A stretch of DNA of 64,000 bases from Fibrobacteria bacterium. Lineage in GTDB: Bacteria; Fibrobacterota; Fibrobacteria; UBA11236. The stretch's first letter is position 1, and each line of letters starts with the position of its first letter. This document shows positions 50,700-60,416 of the stretch, one piece after another. The notes below the pieces were generated by a model. The model saw nothing but the letters and a program-made list of their open reading frames with translations. It did not search any database and was not told the DNA's origin. The translations under genes were made by a program, and so were the position numbers. Location: the NCBI GenBank assembly GCA_043745805.1, contig JAYTSD010000001.1:128001-192000 (forward strand), written 5' to 3'.

Positions 50700-52019
50700 A
50701 TGAAAAAAGTAATTATGGGACTCACATTATTTACTGCATTGGGGCTGCAGGCTGCAGTAAATGGAACCGTTAAAGATGGCGGCGGTCAACCTGTCTCAGG
50801 AGCTTTAGTGGTAGTGGAAGGTACGGATCAGGCGGTGGTTACCGATGCAGCAGGGAAATTTCAATTCGGGCCTTTGTCTATTCAATCTTTGCATCTTTCG
50901 CTCAAACAATTAGCCACTTCGCATATTTTAGTGGATGCACAAGGCCACTATTATAGAGCAGAAGATAAAAAAGCGAATAAGTTTTATTTCCATACTAATG
51001 AAAGTAATACAATTAATAATACGCCTACTAATTTAGTTTTAACTACAAAACGTACCGTAACAACTAATGGCAAATTACTCATTGCGCATGATGGCTATTT
51101 TAGCCAAGTATTGCCAATTGATATTGGTTCGTCCATACAAATTCCGGTATCATTAGTTTTTGTAAATACATTTGCGCAAACCAGCACTTTAGGATCATTC
51201 TCTGCAGTCGGTCAAATTATTGCTTTTTCGGACAGTATCATTAAATCCATTGATAATAACAGTAAATATAATCCGGTTTGCAAAGGGGGCAAAGTAATTT
51301 ATTTACCTGATACTACTACTGAGCAATATATGATTACTGGGAAAACGATGTATTCTTGGACACCGATGGTTATGGATAGTTTAGATTGTATTGCCACGGT
51401 TTATTCAAGTAATAATGGAGTAAAATTAGGGAGCTGGAATTACATAGGAGTTAGCGCAATTCCTCAAGCTCATAACAAGGGCGCTTGTAATCCAGCGCAA
51501 ATCGATTCACAGATTCAATTAGAAAACAGCTATTTTTTTCTAGGAGGGGTTATACAGTTTAGTAATACTCAGATTATGAATAATGTTAAATACGGACTAT
51601 GCAATGGTGCCTTGCTGGCCGCACGATTTTCTTTAGAAGGCAATATGACGGCTACGGCAAAAAGCTGTAATGAAGTAGAATTAAAAAATGGCACTGAAAC
51701 GGCGACTTGGTCCATTATTTCAAATAATGTTAAATCAACTACTAAATTTATTACTAAAGACACTACTTGTACTATTGAATCGCCAGTTATTTTGGATCAA
51801 ACCTATAGCTGTGTAGGACAGGCCGATGGCGTTAAACCTGAAGATACCGGTACTTTGGGAGGGTTAACAACAGGTGCTGACTTGTTCACGTGTCCTGCCT
51901 ATGTAAAGTTTTTGACGGGAGGGTTTACACTTCCACCAATTACTCCATTGCAGAAAATGTCGGCAAATATGTCGGTGGAAAAATTTTCCCCTAAGTTTTG
52001 GGAAAGCAAAAAACCTTAA
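50700..52019 (+). CDS. Secreted protein with N-terminal carboxypeptidase-regulatory-like domain and Cys-containing beta-rich C-terminal region
   Basis: Signal peptide; GTVKDGGGQPVSGALV...TDAAGKF. Confidence 0.7.
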   Translation: MKKVIMGLTLFTALGLQAAVNGTVKDGGGQPVSGALVVVEGTDQAVVTDAAGKFQFGPLSIQSLHLSLKQLATSHILVDAQGHYYRAEDKKANKFYFHTNESNTINNTPTNLVLTTKRTVTTNGKLLIAHDGYFSQVLPIDIGSSIQIPVSLVFVNTFAQTSTLGSFSAVGQIIAFSDSIIKSIDNNSKYNPVCKGGKVIYLPDTTTEQYMITGKTMYSWTPMVMDSLDCIATVYSSNNGVKLGSWNYIGVSAIPQAHNKGACNPAQIDSQIQLENSYFFLGGVIQFSNTQIMNNVKYGLCNGALLAARFSLEGNMTATAKSCNEVELKNGTETATWSIISNNVKSTTKFITKDTTCTIESPVILDQTYSCVGQADGVKPEDTGTLGGLTTGADLFTCPAYVKFLTGGFTLPPITPLQKMSANMSVEKFSPKFWESKKP

Positions 52020-52056
52020 TAGCCATCTTAAATTCATGCCTCTATTTAGGGGCTTT

Positions 52057-54573
52057 TTATCGATTTAAAGAAAGTACCTCACGCAATTGCTTGCGGCGAT
52101 TTTTGATTATCGCATAAGCGGTGCAAATGAGTCCGACTAAGCTGCCCACAGCTAAACAATAAAGCAATAACGATAGGTCGGGTGTCCAAGGTAATTGCCA
52201 AAGCAGGCGATTAATTAACACCACCGCGAGCATACTTAAGCCATAACCAATAGCTGCGGCGCTTAAACAGAAGCCTAAATATTCCGTAGCGAATAAAATC
52301 CATAATTTCCGATCTGTAACTCCCAAGGTACTTAATAATAAAATATTGCTTTGATTATTTTCCACCATGGCATGTACAATCAATCCCAAAATGGACAGCC
52401 CAATTCCCAAAGCAAAAAAAGACATAAACTGCACTAACCATTGCAGTTTATTTAAAGTGTCTATACTTTTTAAAACGGCTTCGCGAACATTTAAAGACGT
52501 GATATTGGGAAAAATTGCGGTGAGTTGGGTTTGTAGTTTTTCCGTTTCCTTAGGTGGAATTTTATTTAGCGTGGCTAAAAAAGTTTTGGGTGCCATTTCC
52601 AAAGCGCCGGGTTGAAATAATGCAAAGAAGTTCGGTTGAAAACTTGTCCAGCGTACTTTGCGCAAACTTGTCAAAAGTCCATTCACCTCTATGCCTTGCA
52701 CATCAAAGGCTAGAGTATCCCCTAATTTTAAATCTAATCTTTTAGCGAACTCCTTTTCTACGCTGATTTCAGGAAGCGTGCCTGTTATCACCGGGCCTTG
52801 CCAAAATTTTCCGGCTACTAATTCCTCTGAACTCGAAAGACTATCGCGATAACTCAGGTTAAAACCACGATTACGAAATTGCTGTTTATTTTTCTCTTCT
52901 AAAGTTGCTTTGCTTCCTAAATCTTTTTTAAAAGCGTGGCCATTTACGCTATCTAGGCGCGCGCGAATCATAGGTGCTGGAAAAGCAAGAGGGTAACCCC
53001 AATGTTGCAGGGAGTCACGCAAGGGAGGGAATTGTTCTTCTTGAATATCAAATAAAAAAAGTTGCGGTAAAGTGGTGCCGCTGGGTACTTCCAATTCTTG
53101 CACCAAAACCGCTTTTAATTGAGGCAATAAACAACTAGAAAAGGCAACTAAACCTAGGGTAGAGAAAGCCATTAAAGATTTTTGTTTATTCCATCGAAAA
53201 TTACCCAACCAAATTTTTAAACCGTAACTCGCGCGTTTACGATACCCATAAAGGATTCCATGAATGCCTATGGCCATTGCTGCTAAGAGAAAAAAGGCGG
53301 CCCCTAAACAACCCAACCAAAGGCTACTTAATAGCCAAGAATGACTGCTATGAAAGGCAATGAAAAATAGGTAAGCGCAAATGAGAATATAAAATCCAAA
53401 GCGAATTTTTTTGTCGAGCGGATCGTTTTCCATTGGTTTAATTAAAGTCGCAGGAGAGACCTTACTCAAAGCCAAAATACTCGTGGAGCTGAATAGTATG
53501 CTGGTAAATAATGCTAAGCCCGAGGCTAAAAAAATAGAAGCAAGGGGTAGGGTAGAGGGAATATCAATATTAAACCAATGCTGTATTACATAATGCAAAA
53601 GGTGAATTAGCCCCGTAGATAGTAGTAGCGAGAGCAAAGCAGCCATTAGCGCTAGAAGCATGTTTTGTACTCCATAGAGTCGCAATGTGTACCCTCGAAT
53701 GCCTCCTAATAAAGTAAATAAGGCGATAGTTTTTCTTTCTTTCAATAAATGCTGATGAAAAAAGAAAGCCGCACCCAAAGCCGCTAATAAAAAAGAAGAC
53801 AGGCTAATAATTTTTAAGAAGGATATAATTAAACTAAAGCTACGACTAATATCATTATCTCCTTCCGAGGCCGCAGTGATTTCAATTTCGGGATCACTTA
53901 AAGCTTCATCCAGTTTTTTCTTTAAAATATTTGCGTCTGTAGGTTGCGTTATGGTATAAAAGTTGTAACGAAAGATACGACTACCTTTTTGATCGAGTCC
54001 GGTTCCCGATAAATCTTGTAAACGAATATAAACTCGACTTCCTAATTCCCAAAATTGAAAATGCGATCCTGGCCTATCGGTATATTCTTCTCGAATATGA
54101 AAGGTCTGTGAGCCGAGTTGTAGGCTATCACCTACTTTAGCTTGTAAACTTGTAAGTAACTCCCCAGGAAATAAAATTTCATTATGTTTTAACTGATTTA
54201 CCTGAAATGGTTGTCGAAACGCAAAGCTTCCAATTAGGGGATACGTGGAAGACATAGCCTTTACTTGCACTAGCTTGCTTTGATCGCCAATCTTAAGCAT
54301 AGAAAGGAAGCCCCAAAGCTCGGTAGACTTTGCATCGGTGGAGATTAAATTGTGTATGGACTTTTGTTCTTTTTCAGTAAAGGGACGGCGACTATAAATT
54401 CTTAAATCCCCTTCCAAAAGTTCTTGGGCACGGCCGGCCAAATCTTTTTCAAAATTTTTGGATAAAGCATCTACGACGGTAGTTAAAGAAAGTCCTAAAG
54501 CATAAATAACAACAAAAGCCGTTATTAAGCCGGTTTTATGACGTAACAGTTTAAGGGAAAGTGGCCATTGCAT
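52057..54573 (-). CDS. ybbP: YbbP-like FtsX-family ABC permease
   Basis: Two FtsX-like halves; LFLFDIQ, SLRKVRWTSFQPNFF; downstream of tesA and ybbA. Confidence 0.85.
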   Translation of the reverse strand: MQWPLSLKLLRHKTGLITAFVVIYALGLSLTTVVDALSKNFEKDLAGRAQELLEGDLRIYSRRPFTEKEQKSIHNLISTDAKSTELWGFLSMLKIGDQSKLVQVKAMSSTYPLIGSFAFRQPFQVNQLKHNEILFPGELLTSLQAKVGDSLQLGSQTFHIREEYTDRPGSHFQFWELGSRVYIRLQDLSGTGLDQKGSRIFRYNFYTITQPTDANILKKKLDEALSDPEIEITAASEGDNDISRSFSLIISFLKIISLSSFLLAALGAAFFFHQHLLKERKTIALFTLLGGIRGYTLRLYGVQNMLLALMAALLSLLLSTGLIHLLHYVIQHWFNIDIPSTLPLASIFLASGLALFTSILFSSTSILALSKVSPATLIKPMENDPLDKKIRFGFYILICAYLFFIAFHSSHSWLLSSLWLGCLGAAFFLLAAMAIGIHGILYGYRKRASYGLKIWLGNFRWNKQKSLMAFSTLGLVAFSSCLLPQLKAVLVQELEVPSGTTLPQLFLFDIQEEQFPPLRDSLQHWGYPLAFPAPMIRARLDSVNGHAFKKDLGSKATLEEKNKQQFRNRGFNLSYRDSLSSSEELVAGKFWQGPVITGTLPEISVEKEFAKRLDLKLGDTLAFDVQGIEVNGLLTSLRKVRWTSFQPNFFALFQPGALEMAPKTFLATLNKIPPKETEKLQTQLTAIFPNITSLNVREAVLKSIDTLNKLQWLVQFMSFFALGIGLSILGLIVHAMVENNQSNILLLSTLGVTDRKLWILFATEYLGFCLSAAAIGYGLSMLAVVLINRLLWQLPWTPDLSLLLYCLAVGSLVGLICTAYAIIKNRRKQLREVLSLNR

Positions 54574-55275
54574 TTATTGGAATTGACCTAAATGTAAACG
54601 TAAAATACGATGACAGCGTTTGGCTAAATTTTGATTATGGGTAATTAATAGTGCGGTAAGATTTTCTTCAGCAATGAGTTTAAAAATAAGCTCTTCAATT
54701 TCGAAGGCGGTTTTTTCATCAAGACTACCGGTAGGCTCATCGGCAAAAAGAATCATAGGTTTTATAATCAAGGCTCGGGCAATAGCCACACGTTGCTGTT
54801 CTCCACCGGATAATTGATGAGGATAATGTTGCCCACGTTTTGCTAAACCCACCTTATGCAGCAAATCCATGGCTTTATCTGTGGCTTTTTTGTCTCCAGC
54901 AATTTCCAAAGGCAAGGCTATATTTTCCAAAGCGGTAAGCGCCGGAATTAAATGATATTCCTGAAAAATAATCCCAATTTTTTCACCTCTTAAACGGGCT
55001 AAAGCATCGCGACTTAAGGTGGCTAAATCTTGATCGCCAAAAAAAATGCGACCGGAGTCTGGTTTGTCTAATCCGGCTAATAAACTTAACAGCGTGGTTT
55101 TGCCACAACCACTAGGCCCAAGAATAGCAATACTTTCACCCGCTTTTACGGTAAAGCTTATATTGTTTAGAATAGGTAAGATGCTATTGGTTTTGTTACC
55201 GTAGGCCTTAGAAATATTCTCCGCTTGTAAAATCACAAATTCTCCGAGTAATATATAAGTAGTAATAAGTAGCAT
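54574..55275 (-). CDS. ybbA: YbbA/LolD-like ABC ATP-binding protein
   Basis: [29 protein letters not shown]. True start may be slightly downstream. Confidence 0.85.
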   Translation of the reverse strand: MLLITTYILLGEFVILQAENISKAYGNKTNSILPILNNISFTVKAGESIAILGPSGCGKTTLLSLLAGLDKPDSGRIFFGDQDLATLSRDALARLRGEKIGIIFQEYHLIPALTALENIALPLEIAGDKKATDKAMDLLHKVGLAKRGQHYPHQLSGGEQQRVAIARALIIKPMILFADEPTGSLDEKTAFEIEELIFKLIAEENLTALLITHNQNLAKRCHRILRLHLGQFQ

Positions 55276-55290
55276 ATTGCTAGTATTTTT

Positions 55291-55926
55291 TTATTTTGCT
55301 AAAATTTTTCCTTTTAGAAATAAAAAAATATTTTCTGCAATACGCGCATGTCCCGCTTCATTTGGATGAATGCCGTCCGCTTGATTTAATTTACGCTCTC
55401 CTGCGACTCCTTCGAGTAAAAAGGGTAGTAGGGGAATATTATATTGTTGGGCTAGGCTAGAAAAAATATTTTCAAAGGCTTTTGCATAAGCAGGGCCGTA
55501 ATTGGGCGGTACTTTTAATCCGGCTAGTAACACTTTATAATGCTGGGCTTGCGCAAAACGAATTGTGTTTTCAATATTCTTACGCGTTTGTTCTATGGGT
55601 ACTCCCCGTAATCCATCATTGGATCCGATCGTTAACAAAATCCAATCGGGCTGGCCTTTAGCATACCATTGTAAGCGTTTTAAAGCACTGGCCGAAGTGC
55701 TGCCGCTAGAACCACCATTAATAACATGAATAGTGGGATTGAGGCTGTGAAATTTTTTTTCCAATAAAGCCGGAAAGGCCATTTCCTTCTCAATGCCATA
55801 ACCCTCGGTTAAACTATCGCCCAAAATCAAAATATTCATTTGAGGTGGGCTTTCTGCCTTTATGGCAAAAACCCATAAAAACAAAATGGAAAATGAGAAT
55901 ACGGAGCGGCGAAGTAATTTTAACAT
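55291..55926 (-). CDS. tesA: SGNH/GDSL arylesterase (TesA-like)
   Basis: GDSLTEGYG, GSNDGLRG, DGIHPN. Confidence 0.9.
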   Translation of the reverse strand: MLKLLRRSVFSFSILFLWVFAIKAESPPQMNILILGDSLTEGYGIEKEMAFPALLEKKFHSLNPTIHVINGGSSGSTSASALKRLQWYAKGQPDWILLTIGSNDGLRGVPIEQTRKNIENTIRFAQAQHYKVLLAGLKVPPNYGPAYAKAFENIFSSLAQQYNIPLLPFLLEGVAGERKLNQADGIHPNEAGHARIAENIFLFLKGKILAK

Positions 55927-56006
55927 GGCTTTAATCTTTTTAAATTGGTCCTGTAACTCGAATCCTAGTATTATAATAACAGTATAAAATTCAAGCGGGA
56001 GTATTT

Positions 56007-56321
56007 ATGATAAAGAAAAGTTTATTCGGTGGTTTAATTTTGGCGGGTGCTTTCCTAATTGCGCAAGCGGGTTCAGTTGCGGATAGCACTAAAATTATTG
56101 CGGATGGCAAAGAAATGAAAATGGACGGCCAATGTTGCAAAAAAGGGCATAAAGAACATTGCAAAAAGGAAAATAAAGAGCAATGTGAAAAACACGCTAA
56201 GTCCGAAGCTTCAACGTCCAAAGATGAAAAGTCTATGGAAGAAAAAGATTGCCCTAAGACTAAAGATTGTCCAAAAAAAGAAGGTCAATGCTTAAAGAAT
56301 GGGAAAGAGTCCGACACTTAA
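56007..56321 (+). CDS. Small secreted Lys/Glu/Cys-rich protein
   Basis: GGGAG RBS; signal peptide; 7 Cys in C-x-K contexts. Confidence 0.7.
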   Translation: MIKKSLFGGLILAGAFLIAQAGSVADSTKIIADGKEMKMDGQCCKKGHKEHCKKENKEQCEKHAKSEASTSKDEKSMEEKDCPKTKDCPKKEGQCLKNGKESDT

Positions 56322-56332
56322 GTCTCTCACTT

Positions 56333-56455
56333 CGGTCACTGAGTTTGGTGAAGTGACATGGAAGTTACCTTACTGATCGCTTCGAAGGGCTCAAGGACCG
56401 ATTCAGATCTGAAATCAACAAATTTTTCACGGACGCTGAGCTTGTCGAAGCGCCC
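56333..56455. repeat. Three REP-like palindromic units in alternating orientation
   Basis: CGGTCACTGAGTTTGGTGAAGTG (+, 56333), CGGTCCTTGAGCCCTTCGAAGCG (-, ending at 56400), CGGACGCTGAGCTTGTCGAAGCG (+, 56430). Confidence 0.7.
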
Positions 56456-56457
56456 GC

Positions 56458-56946
56458 TTACTCCACCCTCACCCAAGTTTGCGAACGCCCCAAAAAAGAA
56501 ACCCCAATATAACCGCGAACTAATAATTTTTTTCCATCATTAATAGTATGCAATGAGCAACGATAAGTTTTTCCATTTTTAGGATCAAGTATATATCCTC
56601 CTGTCCATTCACTATCTTTAGCATGCATTCCCCAGAGTATGGTTAACCCTTTGATTTTTTGATTATGTTGCTCTCCTGTGCATTGATCACAAATGGGATC
56701 TTGAGGTTGTTCCGGGGCACGAAATAATATTTCAATTTTCCCTTTTAATTCTCCATTTTCCCGCCAAATACGCACGAGTGATTTTTCTTTACCAGTTTTA
56801 TCATCAATGGTTTTCCACTGGCCTTCAGGCGAAAGGGATGCGGATACAGGGGTTTGCGCAATTATTAAATGGGGGAAACCTAAGCAAAAAATGACAATAG
56901 AAAACACTAATAATGCATTACGCGAAATAAGCAATGAAGAAAACAT
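56458..56946 (-). CDS. DUF2147 domain protein
   Basis: GQWKTIDDKTG, GYILDPKNGKTY, VRGYIG..LGRSQTW. Confidence 0.92.
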   Translation of the reverse strand: MFSSLLISRNALLVFSIVIFCLGFPHLIIAQTPVSASLSPEGQWKTIDDKTGKEKSLVRIWRENGELKGKIEILFRAPEQPQDPICDQCTGEQHNQKIKGLTILWGMHAKDSEWTGGYILDPKNGKTYRCSLHTINDGKKLLVRGYIGVSFLGRSQTWVRVE

Positions 56947-57017
56947 ATTGGGCCTTTCGAGACTATGACATAAATATCTAATTTCTAGAACAAAAAGCAA
57001 ATGGTAAAGAGGAAAAT

Positions 57018-57701
57018 ATGCGTATTCATTATTTGCAACATGAACCTACGGAAGGCCTAGGTTTTGTTGAGCATTGGGCAATACAGCATGGCCACGCATT
57101 AAGTTCGACCCAGTTATGGAATGGGGAGTCGCTTCCTATCCAACAAAATTTCGAGGCTTTATTGGTATTTGGCGGCCCTATGAATATTTATGAAGAGGAT
57201 TTATTTCCTTGGTTAATACCGGAAAAGAAATTCATAAAAGCAGCTATAGAAAGCGGAAAAAAAATCATCGGTTTTTGTTTGGGCTCACAGCTATTAGCAG
57301 ATATTTTGGGCGGTCCGGTAACACGTAATAAATTTATGGAAATAGGTTGGTTTCCTATTCAATGGACCGATGAAGCTTTGGCGTTACCTGTACTTCAGGG
57401 GTTACCATCTTCTATTACGGTTCTACATTGGCATGGGGACACCTTTGCTTTGCCTCCTGGTGCTATGCGTCTCGCGGAAAGCCTTGGCTGCGAGAATCAA
57501 GGCTTTGTTTGGGGGAATAATATTTTAGCCTTTCAATTCCACTTGGAATTTACTTTGGGGCAGGTGCAACAGTTTTTATCAACTGGGGATTTGCCTGCAG
57601 GACAATATGTGCAAAAGCCGGAAGCGATGCTGTCGCATCCCGATCAATTCGACATGGCAAGAACCTATTTGGAGACGATATTAGACCGTTTTTTAATCTA
57701 A
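57018..57701 (+). CDS. Type 1 glutamine amidotransferase (GMP synthase-like)
   Basis: GGPM, GFCLGSQL, HWHGD, FQFHLE. Confidence 0.9.
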   Translation: MRIHYLQHEPTEGLGFVEHWAIQHGHALSSTQLWNGESLPIQQNFEALLVFGGPMNIYEEDLFPWLIPEKKFIKAAIESGKKIIGFCLGSQLLADILGGPVTRNKFMEIGWFPIQWTDEALALPVLQGLPSSITVLHWHGDTFALPPGAMRLAESLGCENQGFVWGNNILAFQFHLEFTLGQVQQFLSTGDLPAGQYVQKPEAMLSHPDQFDMARTYLETILDRFLI

Positions 57702-57755
57702 ACGTTGTTTTTTTCAGAAAAAACCTCAAAAAATTCTAATCTTCCAGATATCCTC

Positions 57756-57784
57756 TTGACAATATTCGTTATAACGAATATAAT
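57756..57784 (+). promoter_or_regulatory. Consensus sigma70 promoter with MarR-type operator in the spacer
   Basis: TTGACA-N17-TATAAT; perfect palindrome ATATTCGTTATAACGAATAT at 57762-57781. Confidence 0.9.
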
Positions 57785-57790
57785 TACGAT

Positions 57791-58261
57791 ATGCCTAAAG
57801 ATTTGAAAACAGAAATAAAACAAAACAAACCTTTTCCCAGTATAGAGGAAGAAGTGTTTTTGAATTTGGCGCGTACTGCGGATATTTTGCAAAGGCGTTT
57901 TGTAGAGCTTTTCAAAAAATTCGATCTTTCACCTACGCAATACAATATGCTGCGCATCTTGCGCGGAGCCGGCGATAAAGGTTCGGCTTGCGGGGAAATA
58001 GGGGAGCGTATGGTTACTCGTGATCCGGATATCACAAGACTTGTGGACAGGTTGGAGAAACGTAGTTTAGTGCAGCGTTCCCGCGAAGCCAAGGATCGTC
58101 GAGTCATAACCACTCGCGTTACCGAAGCCGGTTTGAAAATTTTGTCCGAAATGGACAGGCCGGTTACTGAATTACATAAAACCCAATTAGGACATTTGAC
58201 TAAAAAACAAGCGCAAGAATTAATTCAACTTTTGGAATTATCGCGCGAAAAAGTCGGATGA
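57791..58261 (+). CDS. MarR family transcriptional regulator
   Basis: QYNMLRILRG, PDITRLVDRLEKR, DRRV...TEAG. Confidence 0.93.
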   Translation: MPKDLKTEIKQNKPFPSIEEEVFLNLARTADILQRRFVELFKKFDLSPTQYNMLRILRGAGDKGSACGEIGERMVTRDPDITRLVDRLEKRSLVQRSREAKDRRVITTRVTEAGLKILSEMDRPVTELHKTQLGHLTKKQAQELIQLLELSREKVG

Positions 58262-58274
58262 TTTTTTATAACTC

Positions 58275-58294
58275 ATATTTGTTATAACGAATAT
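58275..58294 (+). promoter_or_regulatory. Second copy of the MarR-type operator, upstream of pirin
   Basis: ATATTTGTTATAACGAATAT, one mismatch to 57762-57781. Confidence 0.85.
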
Positions 58295-58320
58295 ACTTAA
58301 AACGATAAAAGGAAAAATGT

Positions 58321-59019
58321 ATGTTAACCGTAAGAAAATCAGAAGATCGCGGAAGCTTCAATATGGGTTGGTTAGATACCAAACATAGTTTTTCATTTTC
58401 CGATTATTATGATCCGAAACATATGGAATACCGTTCCTTGCGAGTTATCAATGAAGATAAAGTTGCTCCTAGTACTGGATTTGGTACCCATGGTCATCGC
58501 GATATGGAAATTGTCACCTATATCCTTTCCGGTAAACTAGAGCATAAAGACAGTTTAGGCAGTGGGGATATATTGAAGCCCGGCGATGTACAGTATATGA
58601 GTGCAGGAACAGGTATTCGGCATAGCGAGTTCAATCCTTCGGATAAAGAGCCTGTGCATCTTTTACAGATTTGGATAATGCCCGATCGATCGAGTCATAC
58701 GCCGCGTTATGGACAAACCCATTTTACGCAGGAACAAAGGCATAATAATTTGCGATTAATTGTTTCGCCAGATGGTGCAGAAGGTAGCTTGCCTATACAT
58801 CAAAATGCATCTATCTATGCCAGCCTATTAGATGCTGGAAAAACTTTATCCATGCCTTTAAAGTCTGGTAGATATGTCTGGGTGCAAATAGCTCGCGGAC
58901 AAATGGTCGTGAATGGATTGGTATTAAATGCTGGCGATGCTGTTGCAATTGAACAGGAAACAGAAATTCGTTTAGAAGCCAAAGAAGATACAGAGTTTTT
59001 GCTATTCGATTTGATATAA
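58321..59019 (+). CDS. Pirin family protein (YhhW-like)
   Basis: LRVINED, GFGTHGHRDMEI, HKDSLG, MSAGTGIRHSE, LQIWI. Confidence 0.95.
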   Translation: MLTVRKSEDRGSFNMGWLDTKHSFSFSDYYDPKHMEYRSLRVINEDKVAPSTGFGTHGHRDMEIVTYILSGKLEHKDSLGSGDILKPGDVQYMSAGTGIRHSEFNPSDKEPVHLLQIWIMPDRSSHTPRYGQTHFTQEQRHNNLRLIVSPDGAEGSLPIHQNASIYASLLDAGKTLSMPLKSGRYVWVQIARGQMVVNGLVLNAGDAVAIEQETEIRLEAKEDTEFLLFDLI

Positions 59020-59048
59020 AAATTATTTAACACCCAAAGGAGAGAACC

Positions 59049-59645
59049 ATGAGCACAGTCACTGATATCACTCAATCGCGTCAGACGGAATTTCCCATCG
59101 AAGCGATTTTCACTAAGCGCTGGTCGCCACGTGCTATGAGCGGAAAAGCTATCGACATTAAAGAATTGGATTCACTATTTGAAGCGGCACGTTGGGCGCC
59201 GTCATCATTCAATAATCAACCTTGGCGTTTTGTTTATGCCTTACGCGATACAAGTAACTGGGAAAAGTTTTTGAATCTCTTGGTTCCTTTTAATCAAACT
59301 TGGGCTAAGAATGCCTCCGCTTTAGTAGTGATTGTTTCTAAAAATACTTTTGATCATAATGGCGAGCCGATGCCTACACATTCTTTCGATACCGGTTCAG
59401 CTTGGCAAAACTTGTCTTTAGAAGGTAGCGCGCGTGGCTTAGTCGTGCATGGCATGGGTGGATTTGACTATGCTAAAGCTAAAACAGAATTGGCCATCCC
59501 TGATGGTTATACCGTGGAAGCTATGGCTGCTATTGGTCAGGTCGGTGCTTTAGATGTTTTGCCGGAGCAAATGCAAAAAGGCGAAGTGCCTAGCCAACGT
59601 AAACCGCTAAAAGACATTGTTTTTGAAGGCCAATTTGGGACTTAA
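59049..59645 (+). CDS. Nitroreductase family protein
   Basis: RWSPRAM, AARWAPSSFNNQPWRF, HGMGGFD. Confidence 0.93.
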   Translation: MSTVTDITQSRQTEFPIEAIFTKRWSPRAMSGKAIDIKELDSLFEAARWAPSSFNNQPWRFVYALRDTSNWEKFLNLLVPFNQTWAKNASALVVIVSKNTFDHNGEPMPTHSFDTGSAWQNLSLEGSARGLVVHGMGGFDYAKAKTELAIPDGYTVEAMAAIGQVGALDVLPEQMQKGEVPSQRKPLKDIVFEGQFGT

Positions 59646-59658
59646 TTAAAATCACTCA

Positions 59659-59690
59659 AAAAGCTTTTGGTTATATCAAAGGCTTTTTTT
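59659..59690 (+). terminator. Probable intrinsic terminator
   Basis: AAAAGCTTTTG...CAAAGGCTTTTTTT. Confidence 0.55.
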
Positions 59691-59709
59691 AAAAAAACGG
59701 AATTCTCTC

Positions 59710-59738
59710 TTGCATTGTACCCTAATTTGGGGTACATT
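59710..59738 (+). promoter_or_regulatory. TA operon promoter with palindromic operator
   Basis: TTGCAT-N17-TACATT; TGTACCC-N7-GGGTACA at 59716-59736. Confidence 0.75.
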
Positions 59739-59745
59739 AAATTCA

Positions 59746-60012
59746 ATGGGTTATGAAGTTATTTTCCAGAAAAAGGTTCTAAAGGAGTTGGATAGGCTCC
59801 CAGATCTAATTCAAGACAAGTTCTTAACCCTTGTCGAAGATCTCAAAACCAAAGGGCCGATTCAACCGGAATGGAAGAATTACAGCAAATTGGATGGGAA
59901 CAAATACCATTGTCATTTGAGCTATTCTTGGGTGGCATGTTGGAGATATGAAAAAGGAAAATTGATTATAGAGGTGTATTATGTTGGCAGTCGTGAAAAC
60001 GCCCCATACTAA
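59746..60012 (+). CDS. RelE/ParE-superfamily toxin (toxin-first, HigB-like arrangement)
   Basis: YEVIFQKKVLKELDRLP...YHCHL...IEVYYVGSRE; 88 aa; overlaps the HTH gene. Confidence 0.75.
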   Translation: MGYEVIFQKKVLKELDRLPDLIQDKFLTLVEDLKTKGPIQPEWKNYSKLDGNKYHCHLSYSWVACWRYEKGKLIIEVYYVGSRENAPY

Positions 60013-60349
60013 TTTACGAATACAAGGAGATATTTCTGGAGCCGTCCTTTCTGTGCTTAAGGCGGAGTATGGTAAAAAGCTTGTAATTAAAAAAGAAGCT
60101 GATGACGAGCTTGTGAAAATAATGGATACGGATTGGTACAAGCAACAAAAAAAAACCATGACCCCTGGAAAATATCTTCGAGTTTACAGAGAGAATAAAG
60201 ATTTGACTCAAGAAGAATTGGGTCAAAAACTCGGTGGGCTTTCGCGTCATTATGTTTCTGATTTGGAAACGGGCAATCGAGCTATTAGTAAAAACATTGC
60301 CAAAATACTTTCTGAGCTTTTTAAACAGCCAGTGACTCGGTTTTTATAA
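59981..60349 (+). CDS. XRE-family HTH antitoxin (HigA-like)
   Basis: PGKYLRVYRE..LTQEELG..LG..SRHYVSDLETGNRAIS. Confidence 0.8.
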   Translation: MLAVVKTPHTNLRIQGDISGAVLSVLKAEYGKKLVIKKEADDELVKIMDTDWYKQQKKTMTPGKYLRVYRENKDLTQEELGQKLGGLSRHYVSDLETGNRAISKNIAKILSELFKQPVTRFL

Positions 60350-60416
60350 GATTATAAAGATACTGCCCAAATTAGCAGTAATTGCTATTATATAGAGAAA
60401 TAGCAATGAGCAGAGC

